Positions 22,995 to 37,700 of a stretch of DNA of 64,000 nt are shown here, piece by piece (position 1 is the stretch's first letter; every line of letters begins with the position of its first letter). Origin of the DNA: Macrostomum lignano. Its lineage: Eukaryota. The notes under the pieces were generated by a model. It saw only the letters and a list, made by a program, of their open reading frames with translations. It was not told the DNA's origin and made no database searches. The translations under genes and the position numbers were made by a program. The DNA lies in contig NIVC01000505.1 of NCBI GenBank assembly GCA_002269645.1, positions 62,001 to 126,000 of the forward strand. The letters run 5' to 3'.

Positions 22995-23843
22995 CTCCTC
23001 TGCCAATCCTCTCTGATTCCATCCTCTCTGATCCCATCCTCTCTGATCCCATCCTCTCTGATCCCATCCTCTCTGATCCCATCCTCTCTGATCCCATCCT
23101 CTCTGATCCCATCCTCTCTAATCCCATCCTCTCTGATCCCATCCTCTCTGATCCCATCTCCTATCTGATCTCATCTTCTCTAATCCCATCTCCTCTCTAA
23201 TCCCATCTCCTCTCTAATCCCATCTCCTATCTGATCCCACCCTCTCACTGATCCCATCTCCTCTCTGATCCTATCCTTTCTGATCCCATTCTCTCTCTGA
23301 TCCCATCTCCTCTCTCATCCTATCCTCTCTGATCGCATTCTCTCTGATCCCACCCTCTCTGATCCCATCCTCTGATCCCATCCTCTCTGATCCCATCCTC
23401 TTTCTGATCCCATCCTTTCTGATCCCATCCTCTCTGATCCCATCCTCTTTATGATCCCATCCTCTCTGATCCCATCCTCTTTATGATCCCATCCTCTCTG
23501 ATCCCATCTTCTCTGATCCCATCCTCTCAGATCCCATCCTCTCTGATCCCATCCTCTTTATGATTCCATCCTCTCTGATCCCATCTTCTCTGATCCCATC
23601 CTCTTTCTGATCCCATCCTCTTTCTGATCCCATCCTCTCTGATCCCATCCTCTTTCTGATCCCATCCTCTCTGATCCCATCCTCTTTCTGATCCCATCCT
23701 CTCTGATCCCATCCTCTCAGATCCCATCCTCTCTGATCCCATCCTCTTTATGATCCCATCCTCTCTGATCCCATCTTCTCTGATCCCATCCTCTTTCTGA
23801 TCCCATCCTCTCTGATACCATCCTCTCCGATCCCATCTCTGAT
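22995..23843. repeat. 15-bp minisatellite (TCTCTGATCCCATCC)
   Basis: Direct reading; 5-aa periodicity (MGSER) in the ORF track. Confidence 0.92.
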
Positions 23844-24016
23844 ACCATTCCATGTACACTTCACTGTGCCTTGCGGGTTGGCCCTCAAAGATTTTTATTG
23901 CACGATCATAGCGGAGCCGAGATTCCAATTCAGCTCCAAATTAATGTGACTGCACTTGGAATCGAGCCTGGGCCGCTGGCACATAAGGGCGCCGCGCTTG
24001 ACCACTGGGCCACGTC
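23844..24016 (-). mobile_element. tRNA-derived SINE-like insertion (~173 bp)
   Basis: On -: GTGGCCCAGTGGTCAAGCG (A box) ... GGCTCGATTCC (B box), followed by a non-tRNA body and an ATGGAATGG tail; no canonical acceptor stem or 7-nt anticodon loop; flanked by TCTCTGAT, though that is also the array unit. Confidence 0.6.
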
Positions 24017-25064
24017 TCTCTGATCGCATCTTTTCTTTTTAATCCCTATTCCTTGATCCCATATTCTATCAGCAGATCCCGGTCACATTCCAATTTCTCC
24101 CTCCGAAATTCTCTCCTCTCTTTCAGCCACTCTGATCCCAGGGCACTCCAATCCAATCAAATCAGTCACCTCTCGCTCTAGTAATAAAAAAGAAAAATCT
24201 AATTAACTTTCTCGCCAAATCTGTCATCATATCGCACGTAGAAAATAATATTAGATCAAAAACAATTTTTCTGTCGGGTGTCGGGCGTTAACTTGGCTAA
24301 GTAGCAGCCTATGATTGAATCGACATATCGACACAAGGAAATCGAGGCCTTTTTAAAAGCTTCGTTAATATCCTTCACTATATAACATAATTTTACTATT
24401 GCATATACAACTAATGTTGACCAAGGCTTCCTCTATTCTGGAGCATGCTAATAATTTACAAGCTGTGCGTGACTTCGGCGGGAATTTGCATGCGAATATG
24501 CAGTGTATATAGTGTAATCTAATAATGCTATTAAAACTGCAAAGTGATTGCGTAATCTGCGAGTAGGGGGTTCCAGTTACTTTATAGTAATCAATGCTCA
24601 GTAGCTCTGCTATGTAAACTGTAAATTGATTGGTTATTGGCGATAGTAACTACTACTATTAGTAAAATAAAAGCAATGGTCACTTGCAGTTTGTTAAAGA
24701 TAATTAGATAAACGAGATATGCCGCTTCATCAGTTGAGGCTGAGCTCTGTCAGTTCCGATTCCGTTACCAACACACGCGCATATTAATCCCCCGTTTAAT
24801 CCTCTCTAAATCTCTTGCGTAATTCACTTGTGTTCAGTTGCGCTAAACGATTATTGCAAGCTATCACTATGCCAATACGAACTGGCAGTGTTCTTAGTCT
24901 GTTTTTCTGACAGGCGCAATTAGAAAGGATTGAAGAGAGACCTATAAATATAGTCCTAGGCATGCATATTCAGAAACAGAGAGAGGGGCGAGATGTCAGC
25001 GACAGACTGAGCCAAACAGATATTGCAAGGCACTGACAGATAGCTACATGTACACCAAAGGATG

Positions 25065-25285
25065 CACAGACAGACAGACAGACAGACAGGCAGACAGACA
25101 GGCATACAGGCAGACACACACACAGACAGACAGACTGACACACAGGCAGACAGGCATACAGGCAGACACACACAGACAGACAGACTGACAGAGACACAGG
25201 CAGACAGGCATACAGGCAGACAGACAGACAGACACACAGGCAGACAGGCATACAGGCAGACACACACAGACAGACAGACTGACAG

Positions 25286-25322
<37 letters not shown>

Positions 25323-25390
25323 AACACTAAAACAGATATGTAGACAGACAGTCAGACAGACAGTCAGACAGGCAGACAGACAGGCAACAG
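25065..25390. repeat. (ACAG)n-derived microsatellite
   Basis: Direct reading. Confidence 0.9.
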
Positions 25391-25562
25391 AGCCAAATAG
25401 GGAAACGGACAGACTTCGTCAAGCTACCCTTAATACTCTAAATTTGAGAGCCAGTCTCCCACAAATGCCTCCAATCTCCATTCCGTACCCACCCGGATTC
25501 TTCATCATTCCAGTTTCCCTGTCAGCTTCCCCCAGCAGCAGCAGCAGCAGCAGCAGCAGCAC

Positions 25563-26818
25563 ATGCCGGGCCAGCACCATCCAACCATGTCGGGTCACAG
25601 AGACTCCCCGGCTCCGAGCAGCCTGCTTGGCGAGGCCGACTCCAACCGCTCCTGGCCTTCAAACATCAACAGCGATGTACAACAGCAGCAGCAGCAGCAA
25701 CATCGACCAGACGGCGACGACCTACTCGAAGACGATGTCGACGATTGCGAATATGACGACGAAGACGATCTTGACGATGATATGGACGTTGAAGATGGCG
25801 AGTCTGCCGCTCAGCCCGCCTGTTCGACTAGCAGCAGCAGCAGCGAGGAAGGCGTCCACGAAGACGATGCTCGGAGGGGTCTGCAGCGACAGCCGCAGCA
25901 TCGGCAGCAGCGCCAGCAGCGGCAACAGCATCCGCACGGCGGCGTAAGTCTATTTAACTTAAATCTCCAAAATGACACTTCAACCTTCAAAAATGGCACT
26001 TCAATCTTCAAAATGGCACTTTAATCTCTAAAATGACAGTTCAATCTCCAAAATGGCACTTCAATCTTCAAAATGGCACTTTAATCTCTAAAATGACAGT
26101 TCAATCTTCAAAAATGGCACTTCAATCTTCAAAATGGCACTTCAATCTCCAAAATGGCACTTTAATCTCTAAAATAACAGTTCAATCTCCAAAATGGCAC
26201 TTCAATCTTCAAAATGGCACTTTAATTTCTAAAATGACAGTTCAATCTTCAAAAGTGACACTACTAGCACCATAAATGGCACCACATATAGTCAAAATTG
26301 GCACTTAAAGCTACAAAAATGGCAAAATGTGCAGATCAGTTTACTTCCCTAAATACTTACTTCAGCATCCGCCTCAGCGTCATCATCAGCCGCAGGCGCC
26401 GGCTCACTATCTGCAGCATCACGGAACAACGCCAAACTACGACAGATTGTTCCATTCGAGCGGCGGCCCAGTCAGCGTCGCCGGAGGAGGCGGCGGCCCA
26501 GCAAGTCCTCTGGTTGGCGGTCCTTCTAGTAGAAGACGGCGGACCAGGCAACAGCAACAGCAGAATCTGCAGCAACAGCCGAGACCAGCCAGTCCGTACT
26601 CAACCGACTCAAACTATTCTGCACTACCGTCGGCGCCTCACCGACCCTATCCCAAGTCTGAACGAAAGAAGCAGCTGCGCTCCTACGGCGCCGCTCCGAA
26701 CGGCGTCAGCAACGGCGGCAACAACGCGTCGAATTCAAACCGGCGACCGTCGGTGCCCAGACAGTCGCATCCGCCGTTGCCGCCAACTCCGCCTCTGGAT
26801 CAGCTGCCCATTGTGTGA
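25563..26818 (+). CDS. Unidentified Q/P/S/D-rich protein, join(25563..25943,26366..26818), >=277 aa; may extend upstream to an acceptor at ~25448
   Basis: GC-rich coding-like islands; GGC|GTAAGT donor and TTACTTCAG|CAT acceptor join in phase 0 to a stop at 26816-26818; reading frame stays open upstream to 25434. Contains an acidic tract and a complex block RPASPYSTDSNYSALPSAPHRPYPKSERKKQLRSY. Confidence 0.7.
25964..26255. repeat. 20-bp intronic minisatellite (AAAATGGCACTTCAATCTTC)
   Basis: About 14 tandem copies. Confidence 0.9.
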
Positions 26819-26999
26819 TGGACATTTTTAGGATTTCCTGTTTCCCTGTTTTTACTCTGTTTCAATTCAATTTGATTTTCTATTGATATGACCGACTGAC
26901 TGACCTTTGCTGCTCGTGTCAGCCAAATTTACTCATTTGGCTTCCCACTTCACTTAGAGGCTTGTCTTTTCCAATGTAGAGTTCAATTTAGTTTAGTTG

Positions 27000-27000
27000 A

Positions 27001-27048
<48 letters not shown>

Positions 27049-27049
27049 G

Positions 27050-27126
<77 letters not shown>

Positions 27127-27157
27127 GCCTGTCTGTCTGTGTGTCTGTCTGTTTGCC

Positions 27158-27192
<35 letters not shown>

Positions 27193-27193
27193 G

Positions 27194-27251
<58 letters not shown>

Positions 27252-27512
27252 CCTGTCTGTCTGTCTGCCTGTCTGTCTGTGTGTCTGTCTGTGTGTCTGT
27301 CTGTCTGTCTGTCTGTCTGTCTGCCTGTCTGTCTGTCTGTCTGTCTGTCTGTCTGCCTGTCTGTCTGTCTGTCTGCCTGTCTGTCTGTGTGTCTGTCTGT
27401 TTGCCTGTCTGTCTGTCTGTCTGCCTGTCTGTCTGTCTGTCTGCCTGTCTGTCTGTCATGGTGTCTGTCTGTCTGTCTGCCTGTCTCTCTCTCTGTCTGT
27501 CTGTCTGTCTGC
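27000..27512. repeat. (GTCT)n microsatellite
   Basis: Direct reading. Confidence 0.95.
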
Positions 27513-28865
27513 ACTGACCACTCCAGATCATCAGGCGCAGGCCGAGCCGGCTCAACAGAATCTCTTCTCATTAAAGACAAGACTCGCTATCCCTGTTCGC
27601 TCTCAGCTGTCTCTGTGTAAAAATGTCATAGCGCTTTTGGTTTGAAATTTGTCTGTATTATTGTAAAATCATTTCTATAATTTCTTTAAGAAATCGAAAG
27701 TTGCTACAAGCAATGCAGGTTTGCTAGTGGCTTCTAATTATTATATATTGTAATATAAATAACTGATTCAATATTATTTTACCCAACTCAACGACTTGTG
27801 TCTCATTTTCACTCAACTTCGTTTTTGCTTCTCCATTTGCATATTTTATTTGTCACGTTCTAATTTTTCTACTCTAAGTAGGAAAAAAAGTGTATTTGTG
27901 TTTTATTTTCTCACTGTTGATTATTTGGTCCAAAAATGGATTCATTTTTTGTTTTAATTAAAACTGTTTCTGTATGTATGAGGGATTTTAATAAATTAAC
28001 AAAATTTTTATAATTCTAAGTATGATAGTACAAAATGTGGCATTTTTTTCTAATGGCATTGAAATTCCTCGCTAACGGACTGACCACGTTGTGTTTTATT
28101 GGTTGGCTAGTCAAATTTACTATAAATAATAATTAATATGATTGTATGCAAACTCAGAATGTCTGTACCATTTTTATTAGAATCTCAAACCTATTTATTG
28201 CTAGCCATCAGCTTGATCTTAATTGTTATTTTTTGTCCGCAACCACACTGCAACCTAAAATTCAATGCCCTTCTTGTGTAAAAGTCATCCTTGGCTTTTT
28301 TATTGTCTTTGTCATTTTTTTCCCGCTCCGGAGTATCTGAGAATGTTGAAATTCTTTGTACATAAATCAATATAAAAACTGCATTGACTTTTAACTTGTT
28401 GTTATTAATGTGAAATAATATTCCTAATCGTCTGCTTTTAGTAGCTTATAAATATAAATTGCAGTATGCATATATATATAGCTCTTTGTTTATTCAATAT
28501 TGCAAGACACATGTAGCTAGCTTTGTTATACTATTAACTTTGGTGGTATTTTAGTAATAATTATATTGTTCTACTGTTATTAAAACTACTAGTTTTATTG
28601 TGCTTCAAGTAACAAGGATATTGCAGAGATTAAGAATATATTTGCTTTTCTGATGGAACAAAATCTTTTTAGCTTGTAATATTATAAAAATATGTCCTTA
28701 GTGTACTTTTTCAGTGTCGCATACACAGTAGCGAATGCAATGCTGGTTTACTATTGTCAAAAATATACTCACTTATATGTGCATCTCAGACTTGGGCTAT
28801 GCTAAGCCAGTGAAACAGTAACATGGTTTCTTTCTTTGTTGATTTTTGTTAAAAATAAAGCCATC

Positions 28866-30786
28866 CTATATTGAAGAATCGCCCATCCAATATTCAAGAA
28901 TCGCCCATAAGATATTCAAGAATCGCCCATAAGATATTGAAGAATCGCCCATAAGATATTCAAGAATCGCCCATAAGATATTGAAGAATCGCCCATAAGA
29001 TATTCAAGAATCGCCCATAAGATATTCAAGAATCGCCCATAAGATATTCAAGAATCGCCCATAAGATATTCAAGAATCGCCCATAAGATATTGAAGAATC
29101 GCCCATAAGATATTGAAGAATCGCCCATAAGATATTGAAGAATCGGCCATAAGATATTGAAGAATCGGCCATAAGATATTCAAGAATCGCCCATAAGATA
29201 TTCAAGAATCGCCCATAAGATATTCAAGAATCGCCCATAAGATATTCAAGAATCGCCCATAAGATATTCAAGAATCGCCCATAAGATATTCAAGAATCGC
29301 CCATAAGATATTGAAGAATCGCCCATAAGATATTGAAGAATCGCCCATAAGATATTGAAGAATCGGCCATAAGATATTGAAGAATCGCCCATAAAATATT
29401 GAAGAATCGGCCATAAGATATTGAAGAATCGCCCATAAGATATTGAAGAATCGGCCATAAGATATTGAAGAATCGGCCATAAGATATTGAAGAATCGCCC
29501 ATAAAATATTGAAGAATCGGCCATAAGATATTGAAGAATCGCCATAAGATATTCAAGAATCGCCCATAAAATATTGAAGAATCGGCCATAAGATATTGAA
29601 GAATCGCCATAAGATATTCAAGAATCGCCCATAAAATACTGAAGAATCGCCCATAAGATATTCAAGAATCGGCCATAAGATATTCAAGAATCGCACATAA
29701 GATATTCAAGAATCGCCCATAAAATATTGAAGAATCGGCCATAAGATATTGAAGAATCGCCCATAAGATATTGAAGAATCGCCCATAAGATATTGAAGAA
29801 TCGCCCATAAAATATTGAAGAATCGGCCATAAGATATTGAAGAATCGCCCATAAGATATTGAAGAATCGCCCATAAAATATTGAAGAATCGGCCATAAGA
29901 TATTGAAGAATCGCCCATAAGATATTGAAGAATCGCCCATAAGATATTGAAGAATCGCCCATAAAATATTGAAGAATCGGCCATAAGATATTGAAGAATC
30001 GCCCATAAGATATTGAAGAATCGCCCATAAAATATTGAAGAATCGCCATAAGATATTCAAGAATCGCCCATAAGATATTCAAGAATCGCCCATAAGATAT
30101 TGAAGAATCGGCCATACGATATTGAAGAATCGCCCATAAGATATTCAAGAATCGCCCATAAGATATTCAAGAATCGCCCATAAGATATTGAAGAATCGGC
30201 CATAAGATATTGAAGAATCGCCCATAAGATATTCAAGAATCGCCCATAAGATATTCAAGAATCGCTCATAAGATACTAAAGAATCGGCCATAAGATATTG
30301 AAGAATCGGCCATAAGATATTGAAGAATCGGCCATAAGATATTGAAGAATCGCCCATAAGATATTGAAGAATCGCCCATAAAATATTGAAGAATCGGCCA
30401 TAAGATATTGAAGAATCGCCCATAAGATATTCAAGAATCGCACATAAGATATTCAAGAATCGCCCATAAAATATTGAAGAATCGGCCATAAGATATTCAA
30501 GAATCGGCCATAAGATATTGAAGAATCGCCCATAAGATATTCAAGAATCGCCCATAAGATATTCAAGAATCGCCCATAAGATATTGAAGAATCGCCCATA
30601 AGATATTCAAAAATCGCCCATAAGATATTGAAGAATCGGCCATAAGATATTCAAGAATCGCCCATAAGATATTGAAGAATCGCCCATAAGATATTCAAGA
30701 ATCGCCCATAAGATATTCAAGAATCGCCCATAAGATATTCAAGAATCGCCCATAAGATATTGAAGAATCGGCCATAAGATATTGAA
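28866..30786. repeat. 22-bp satellite (GAAGAATCGCCCATAAGATATT)
   Basis: About 87 tandem copies. Confidence 0.96.
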
Positions 30787-31278
30787 AATGCATGTATAAA
30801 AAGTACTATGGCATGCTTCAGTCAATTGTGCTCATAAACAATATTTTAGAATGATAGATGCATATATATTAAGGTATTTTGCAGAAAATTAACAAATCGG
30901 CCAGCATAGCGATTACATAAAAGAAACAAAAAATTGTTCAACTTTGTAGGCTTTATCAAAATTTATAAGTAGACTGTTAGATGTCCGAGCTTGTACTGTG
31001 CATGAACATGTTCTAGTGTTATTACGAGTACTGCGAATTAGAAAATGTAATAACACTAATTGATGTCTCTGAATGTAATATTAATAAAAACAAAAATATG
31101 CAATTGCCAGAAGACAGCAAGAGTATTTTCAAACGGTTAAATTCAATCATATTTAACTAGGCTTATCAAATTTCATCTAAACCTTATCATACTGACACTT
31201 ACAAACCCTAGAAGTAGTAATTTTACTGGACTATTAGAAATTTTTACATTAGTTAGTTAAAGAATAAGGATCGAAATC

Positions 31279-31683
31279 ATGAGAGTCGCCCTCGAAATCA
31301 CCGGTGATGAGAGAATCGCACTGGAAATCACCGGTGATGAGAGAATCGCCCTGGAAATCATCAGTGATGAGAGAGTCGCCCTGGAAATCATCAGTGATGA
31401 GAGAGTCGCCCTGGAAATCATCAGTGATGAGAGAATCACCCCGGAAATCACCGGTGATGAGAGAGTCGCCCTCGAAATCACCGGTGATGAGAGAATCGCC
31501 CTGGAAATCACCAGTGATGAGAGAATCGCCCTGGAAATCATCAGTAATGAGAGAATCGCCCTGGAAATCATCAGTGATGAGAGAATCACCCCGGAAATCA
31601 CCGGTGATGAGAGAATCGCACTGGAAATCACCGGTGATGAGAGAATCGCCCTGGAAATCACCAGTGATGAGAGAATCACCCTG
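31279..31683. repeat. 30-bp minisatellite (GAGAGAATCGCCCTGGAAATCACCGGTGAT)
   Basis: About 13 copies, starting ~17 nt past the stop codon of the - strand gene; 10-aa periodicity in the ORF track. Confidence 0.93.
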
Positions 31684-31700
31684 ATAGCCTCGGTCACTGC

Positions 31701-34700
31701 TCAACAGCCATCCACAAACGCGGTCATGAGTCGCAGAGTAACCCTGCCGTGTCCGCCGTCCGAGTTGCCTCCTCCGACCTCTTGACAGCTGCCGTCGGCG
31801 CCGCAGTAGGAGCCGCCACCGCCGCCTCCGTGATAGCGGTTAACCCCGGCGCCCCCGCCGCTGAAGCCGCCGCCAGCGCCTCCGGCTCCGTAGTTGTCAG
31901 CAGCGCCACCACCTCCGCCGCCGCCGAAGCCTCCGTTGCCGCCGTTACCGACGCCACCGACGCCACCGACGCCGCCAACGCCGCCCACCCAGCCGTCGGC
32001 CAGACCGCCGCCTCGTTCGCCGTCGCGAGTGCCTCGCCTCGGGTTGACGGCCCGGCCCAGCCAGCCGGCGCCGCAGCCGCCGTGAGTCTGCATTGATGGA
32101 GTGTCTCCAGGAGTGTTCTGGCCAGGGTGTCCGTTGTAACCTCCAGTTCCTCTGGTGTTGTCGTACACGGAAGATGCCGATGAGCGGCCTCCATTAGCTG
32201 TACTTCTGCCTGGCGCTCCTGCATTTCAGTAATGGAGTGAACTGTGGATGATGGATGAGAATCTATTGAGTATCATTGATGAAAATTTATTGAGTATCAA
32301 TGATGAGAATGAGCATCATTGAGTATCATGGATGAGAATCTATAGAGTATCAATGATGAGAATGAGTATCATTGAGTATCATGGATGAGAATCTATTGAG
32401 TATCATGGATGAGAATCTCTTGAGTATCATGGATGAAAATCTATTGAGTATCATGAATGAGAATCTATTGAGTATCAATGATGAGAATCTATTGAGAATC
32501 ATTGATGAGAATCTATTGAGAATCATGGATGAGAATCTATTGAGTATCATCGATGAGAATCTATTGAGTATCAATGATGAGAATGAGTATCATTGAGTAT
32601 CATGGATGAGAATCTATTGAGTATGATGGATGAGAATCTATTGACAATCATGGATGAGAATCTATTGAGTATCATGAATGAGAATCTATTGAGTATCAAT
32701 GATGAGAATCTATTGAGAATCATGGATGAGAATCTATTGAGAATCATTGATGAGAATCTATTGAGAATCATGGATGAGAATCTATTGAGTATCATCGATG
32801 AAAATCTATTGAGTATCAATGATGAGAATGAGTATCATTGAGTATCATGGATGAGAATCTATAGAGTATCAATGATGAGAATGAGTATCATTGAGTATCA
32901 TGGATGAGAATCTATTGAGTATCATGGATGAGAATCTATTGAGTATCATGGATGAAAATCTATTGAGTATCATGAATGAGAATCTATTGAGTATCAATGA
33001 TGAGAATCTATTGAGAATCATTGATGAGAATCTATTGAGAATCATGGATGAGAATCTATTGAGTATCATCGATGAGAATCTATTGAGTATCAATGATGAG
33101 AATGAGTATCATTGAGTATCATGGATGAGAATCTATTGAGTATCATGGATGAGAATCTATTGAGAATCATCGATGAGAATCTATTGAGTATCATGGATGA
33201 GAATCTATTGAGAATCATGGATGAGAATCTATTGAGTATCATCGATGAGAATCTATTGAAAATCATGGATGAGAATCTATTGAGAATCATGGATGAGAAT
33301 CTATTAAGAATCATCGATTAGAATCTATTAAGAATCATCGATTAGAATCTATTGAGAATCATCGATTAGAATCTATTGAGAATCATCGATGAGAATCTAT
33401 TGAGTATCATGGATGAGAATCTATTGAGAATCATGGATGAGAATCTATTGAGAATCATCGATGAGAATCTATTCAGAATCATCGATGAGAATCTATTGAG
33501 TATCATGAATGAGAATCTATTGAGTATCAATGATGAGAATCTATTGAGAATCATGGATGAGAATCTATTGAGAATCATTGATGAGAATCTATTGAGAATC
33601 ATGGATGAGAATCTATTGAGTATCATCGATGAGAATCTATTGAGAATCATGGATGAGAATCTATTGAGAATCATCGATGAGAATCTATTAAGAATCATCG
33701 ATGAGAATCTATTGAGAATCATGGATGAGAATCTATTGAGAATCATCGATGAGAATCTATTAAGAATCATCGATGAGAATCTATTGAGTATCAATGATGA
33801 GAATCTATTGAGAATCATGGATGAGAATCTATTGAGAATCATTGATGAGAATCTATTAAGAATCATCGATGAGAATCTATTAAGAATCATCGATGAGAAT
33901 CTATTGAGAATCATCGATTAGAATCTATTAAGAATCATGGATGAGAATCTATTGAGAATCATGGATGAGAATCTATTGAGAATCATGGATGAGAATCTAT
34001 TGAGAATCATCGATGAGAATCTATTAAGAATCATCGATGAGAATCTATTGAGTATCAATGATGAGAATCTATTGAGAATCATGGATGAGAATCTATTGAG
34101 AATCATTGATGAGAATCTATTGAGAATCATGGATGAGAATCTATTGAGTATCATCGATGAGAATCTATTGAGAATCATGGATGAGAATCTATTGAGTATC
34201 AATGATGAGAATCTATTGAGAATCATCGATGAGAATCTATTGAGAATCATCGATGAGAATCTATTGAGTATCAATGATGAGAATCTATTGAGAATCAATG
34301 ATGAGAATCTATTGAGAATCATCGATGAGAATCTATTGAGAATCATCGATGAGAATCTATTGAGAATCATGGATGAGAATCTATTGAGAATCATCGATGA
34401 GAATCTATTGAGTATCAATGATGAGAATCTATTGAGAATCATCGATGAGAATCTATTAAGAATCATCGATGAGAATCTATTGAGAATCATGGATGAGAAT
34501 CTATTGAGAATCATCGATGAGAATCTATTAAGAATCATCGATGAGAATCTATTGAGAATCATCGATGAGAATCTATTGAGAATCATCGATGAGAATCTAT
34601 TGAGAATCATCGATGAGAATCTATTGAGAATCATCGATGAGAATCTATTAAGAATCATCGATGAGAATCTATTAAGAATCATCGATGAGAATCTATTGAG

Positions 34701-37700
34701 AATCATCGATAAGAATCTATTGAGAATCATCGATGAGAATCTATTAAGAATCATGGATGAGAATCTATTGAGAATCATCGATGAGAATCTATTGAGTATC
34801 AATGATGAGAATCTATTGAGAATCATCGATGAGAATCTATTGAGAATCATCGATTAGAATCTATTGAGAATCATGGATGAGAATCTATTGAGAATCATCG
34901 ATGAGAATCTATTGAGAATCATCGATAAGAATCTATTAAGAATCATCGATGAGAATCTATTGAGAATCATGGATGAGAATCTATTAAGAATCATCGATTA
35001 GAATCTATTGAGAATCATGGATGAGAATCTATTGAGTATCATGGATGAGAATCTATTGAGAATCATCGATGAGAATCTATTGAGTATAGATGATGAGAAT
35101 CTATTGAGAATCATCGATGAGAATCTATTGAGAATCATGGATGAGAATCTATTAAGAATCATCGATTAGAATCTATTGAGAATCATGGATGAGAATCTAT
35201 TAAGAATCATCGATGAGAATCTATTGAGTATCATGGATGAGAATCTATTAAGAATCATCGATGAGAATCTATTGAGTATCAATGATGAGAATCTATTGAG
35301 AATCATCGATGAGAATCTATTGAGAATCATGGATGAGAATCTATTAAGAATCATCGATGAGAATCTATTGAGTATCATGGATGAGAATCTATTAAGAATC
35401 ATCGATTAGAATCTATTGAGAATCATCGATGAGAATCTATTAAGAATCATCGATTAGAATCTATTGAGAATCATGGATGAGAATCTATTAAGAATCATCG
35501 ATGAGAATCTATTAAGAATCATCGATGAGAATCTATTAAGAATCATGGATGAGAATCTATTGAGAATCATCGATGAGAATCTATTAAGAATCATCGATGA
35601 GAATCTATTGAGTATCAATGATGAGAATCTATTGAGAATCATCGATGAGAATCTATTGAGAATCATCGATGAGAATCTATTAAGAATCATCGATGAGAAT
35701 CTATTGAGTATCAATGATGAGAATCTATTAAGAATCATCGATGAGAATCTATTAAGAATCATCGATGAGAATCTATTGAGAATCATGGATGAGAATCTAT
35801 TGAGAATCATCGATGAGAATCTATTAAGAATCATGGATGAGAATCTATTAAGAATCATCGATAAGAATCTATTGAGAATCATCGATGAGAATCTATTAAG
35901 AATCATCGATGAGAATCTATTGAGAATCATGGATGAGAATCTATTGAGAATCATCGATGAGAATCTATTAAGAATCATCGATGAGAATCTATTGAGTATC
36001 AATGATGAGAATCTATTGAGAATCATGGATGAGAATCTATTGAGAATCATTGATGAGAATCTATTGAGAATCATGGATGAGAATCTATTGAGTATCATCG
36101 ATGAGAATCTATTGAGAATCATGGATGAGAATCTATTGAGTATCAATGATGAGAATCTATTGAGAATCATCGATTAGAATCTATTGAGAATCATCGATGA
36201 GAATCTATTGAGAATCATGGATGAGAATCTATTGAGTATCATCGATAAGAATCTATTGAGAATCATCGATGAGAATCTATTGAGAATCATGGATGAGAAT
36301 CTATTGAGAATCATCGATTAGAATCTATTGAGAATCATCGATGAGAATCTATTGAGAATCATCGATGAGAATCTATTGAGTATCATGGATGAGAATCTAT
36401 TGAGTATCATCGATAAGAATCTATTAAGAATCATGGATGAGAATCTATTGAGTATCAATGATGAGAATCTATTGAGAATCATCGATTAGAATCTATTGAG
36501 AATCATCGATGAGAATCTATTAAGAATCATCGATGAGAATCTATTGAGTATCATGGATGAGAATCTATTGAGTATCATCGATAAGAATCTATTAAGAATC
36601 ATGGATGAGAATCTATTGAGTATCAATGATGAGAATCTATTGAGAATCATCGATTAGAATCTATTGAGAATCATCGATAAGAATCTATTAAGAATCATCG
36701 ATGAGAATCTATTGAGAATCATGGATGAGAATCTATTAAGAATCATCGATTAGAATCTATTGAGAATCATCGATGAGAATCTATTAAGAATCATCGATTA
36801 GAATCTATTGAGAATCATGGATGAGAATCTATTAAGAATCATCGATGAGAATCTATTAAGAATCATCGATGAGAATCTATTGAGAATCATGGATGAGAAT
36901 CTATTAAGAATCATCGATTAGAATCTATTGAGAATCATGGATGAGAATCTATTGAGAATCATCGATGAGAATCTATTGAGAATCATGGATGAGAATCTAT
37001 TAAGAATCATCGATGAGAATCTATTGAGTATCATGGATGAGAATCTATTAAGAATCATCGATGAGAATCTATTGAGTATCAATGATGAGAATCTATTGAG
37101 AATCATCGATGAGAATCTATTGAGAATCATGGATGAGAATCTATTAAGAATCATCGATGAGAATCTATTGAGTATCATGGATGAGAATCTATTAAGAATC
37201 ATCGATTAGAATCTATTGAGTATCAATGATGAGAATCTATTAAGAATCATCGATAAGAATCTATTGAGAATCATGGATGAGAATCTATTGAGTATCAATG
37301 ATGAGAATCTATTGAGAATCATCGATTAGAATCTATTGAGAATCATCGATAAGAATCTATTAAGAATCATCGATGAGAATCTATTGAGAATCATGGATGA
37401 GAATCTATTAAGAATCATCGATTAGAATCTATTGAGAATCATGGATGAGAATCTATTGAGTATCAATGATGAGAATCTATTGAGAATCATCGATGAGAAT
37501 CTATTGAGAATCATGGATGAGAATCTATTAAGAATCATCGATGAGAATCTATTGAGTATCATGGATGAGAATCTATTAAGAATCATCGATTAGAATCTAT
37601 TGAGTATCAATGATGAGAATCTATTGAGAATCATCGATGAGAATCTATTGAGAATCATCGATGAGAATCTATTAAGAATCATCGATTAGAATCTATTGAG

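Noticed and set aside
23958-24014. Functional tRNA gene
   Set aside because: A and B boxes are present, but there is no proper acceptor stem or 7-nt anticodon loop; treated as a SINE head.
28866-30786. CRISPR-like appearance of short regular repeats
   Set aside because: Head-to-tail tandem units with no unique spacers, no cas genes, and a eukaryotic context.
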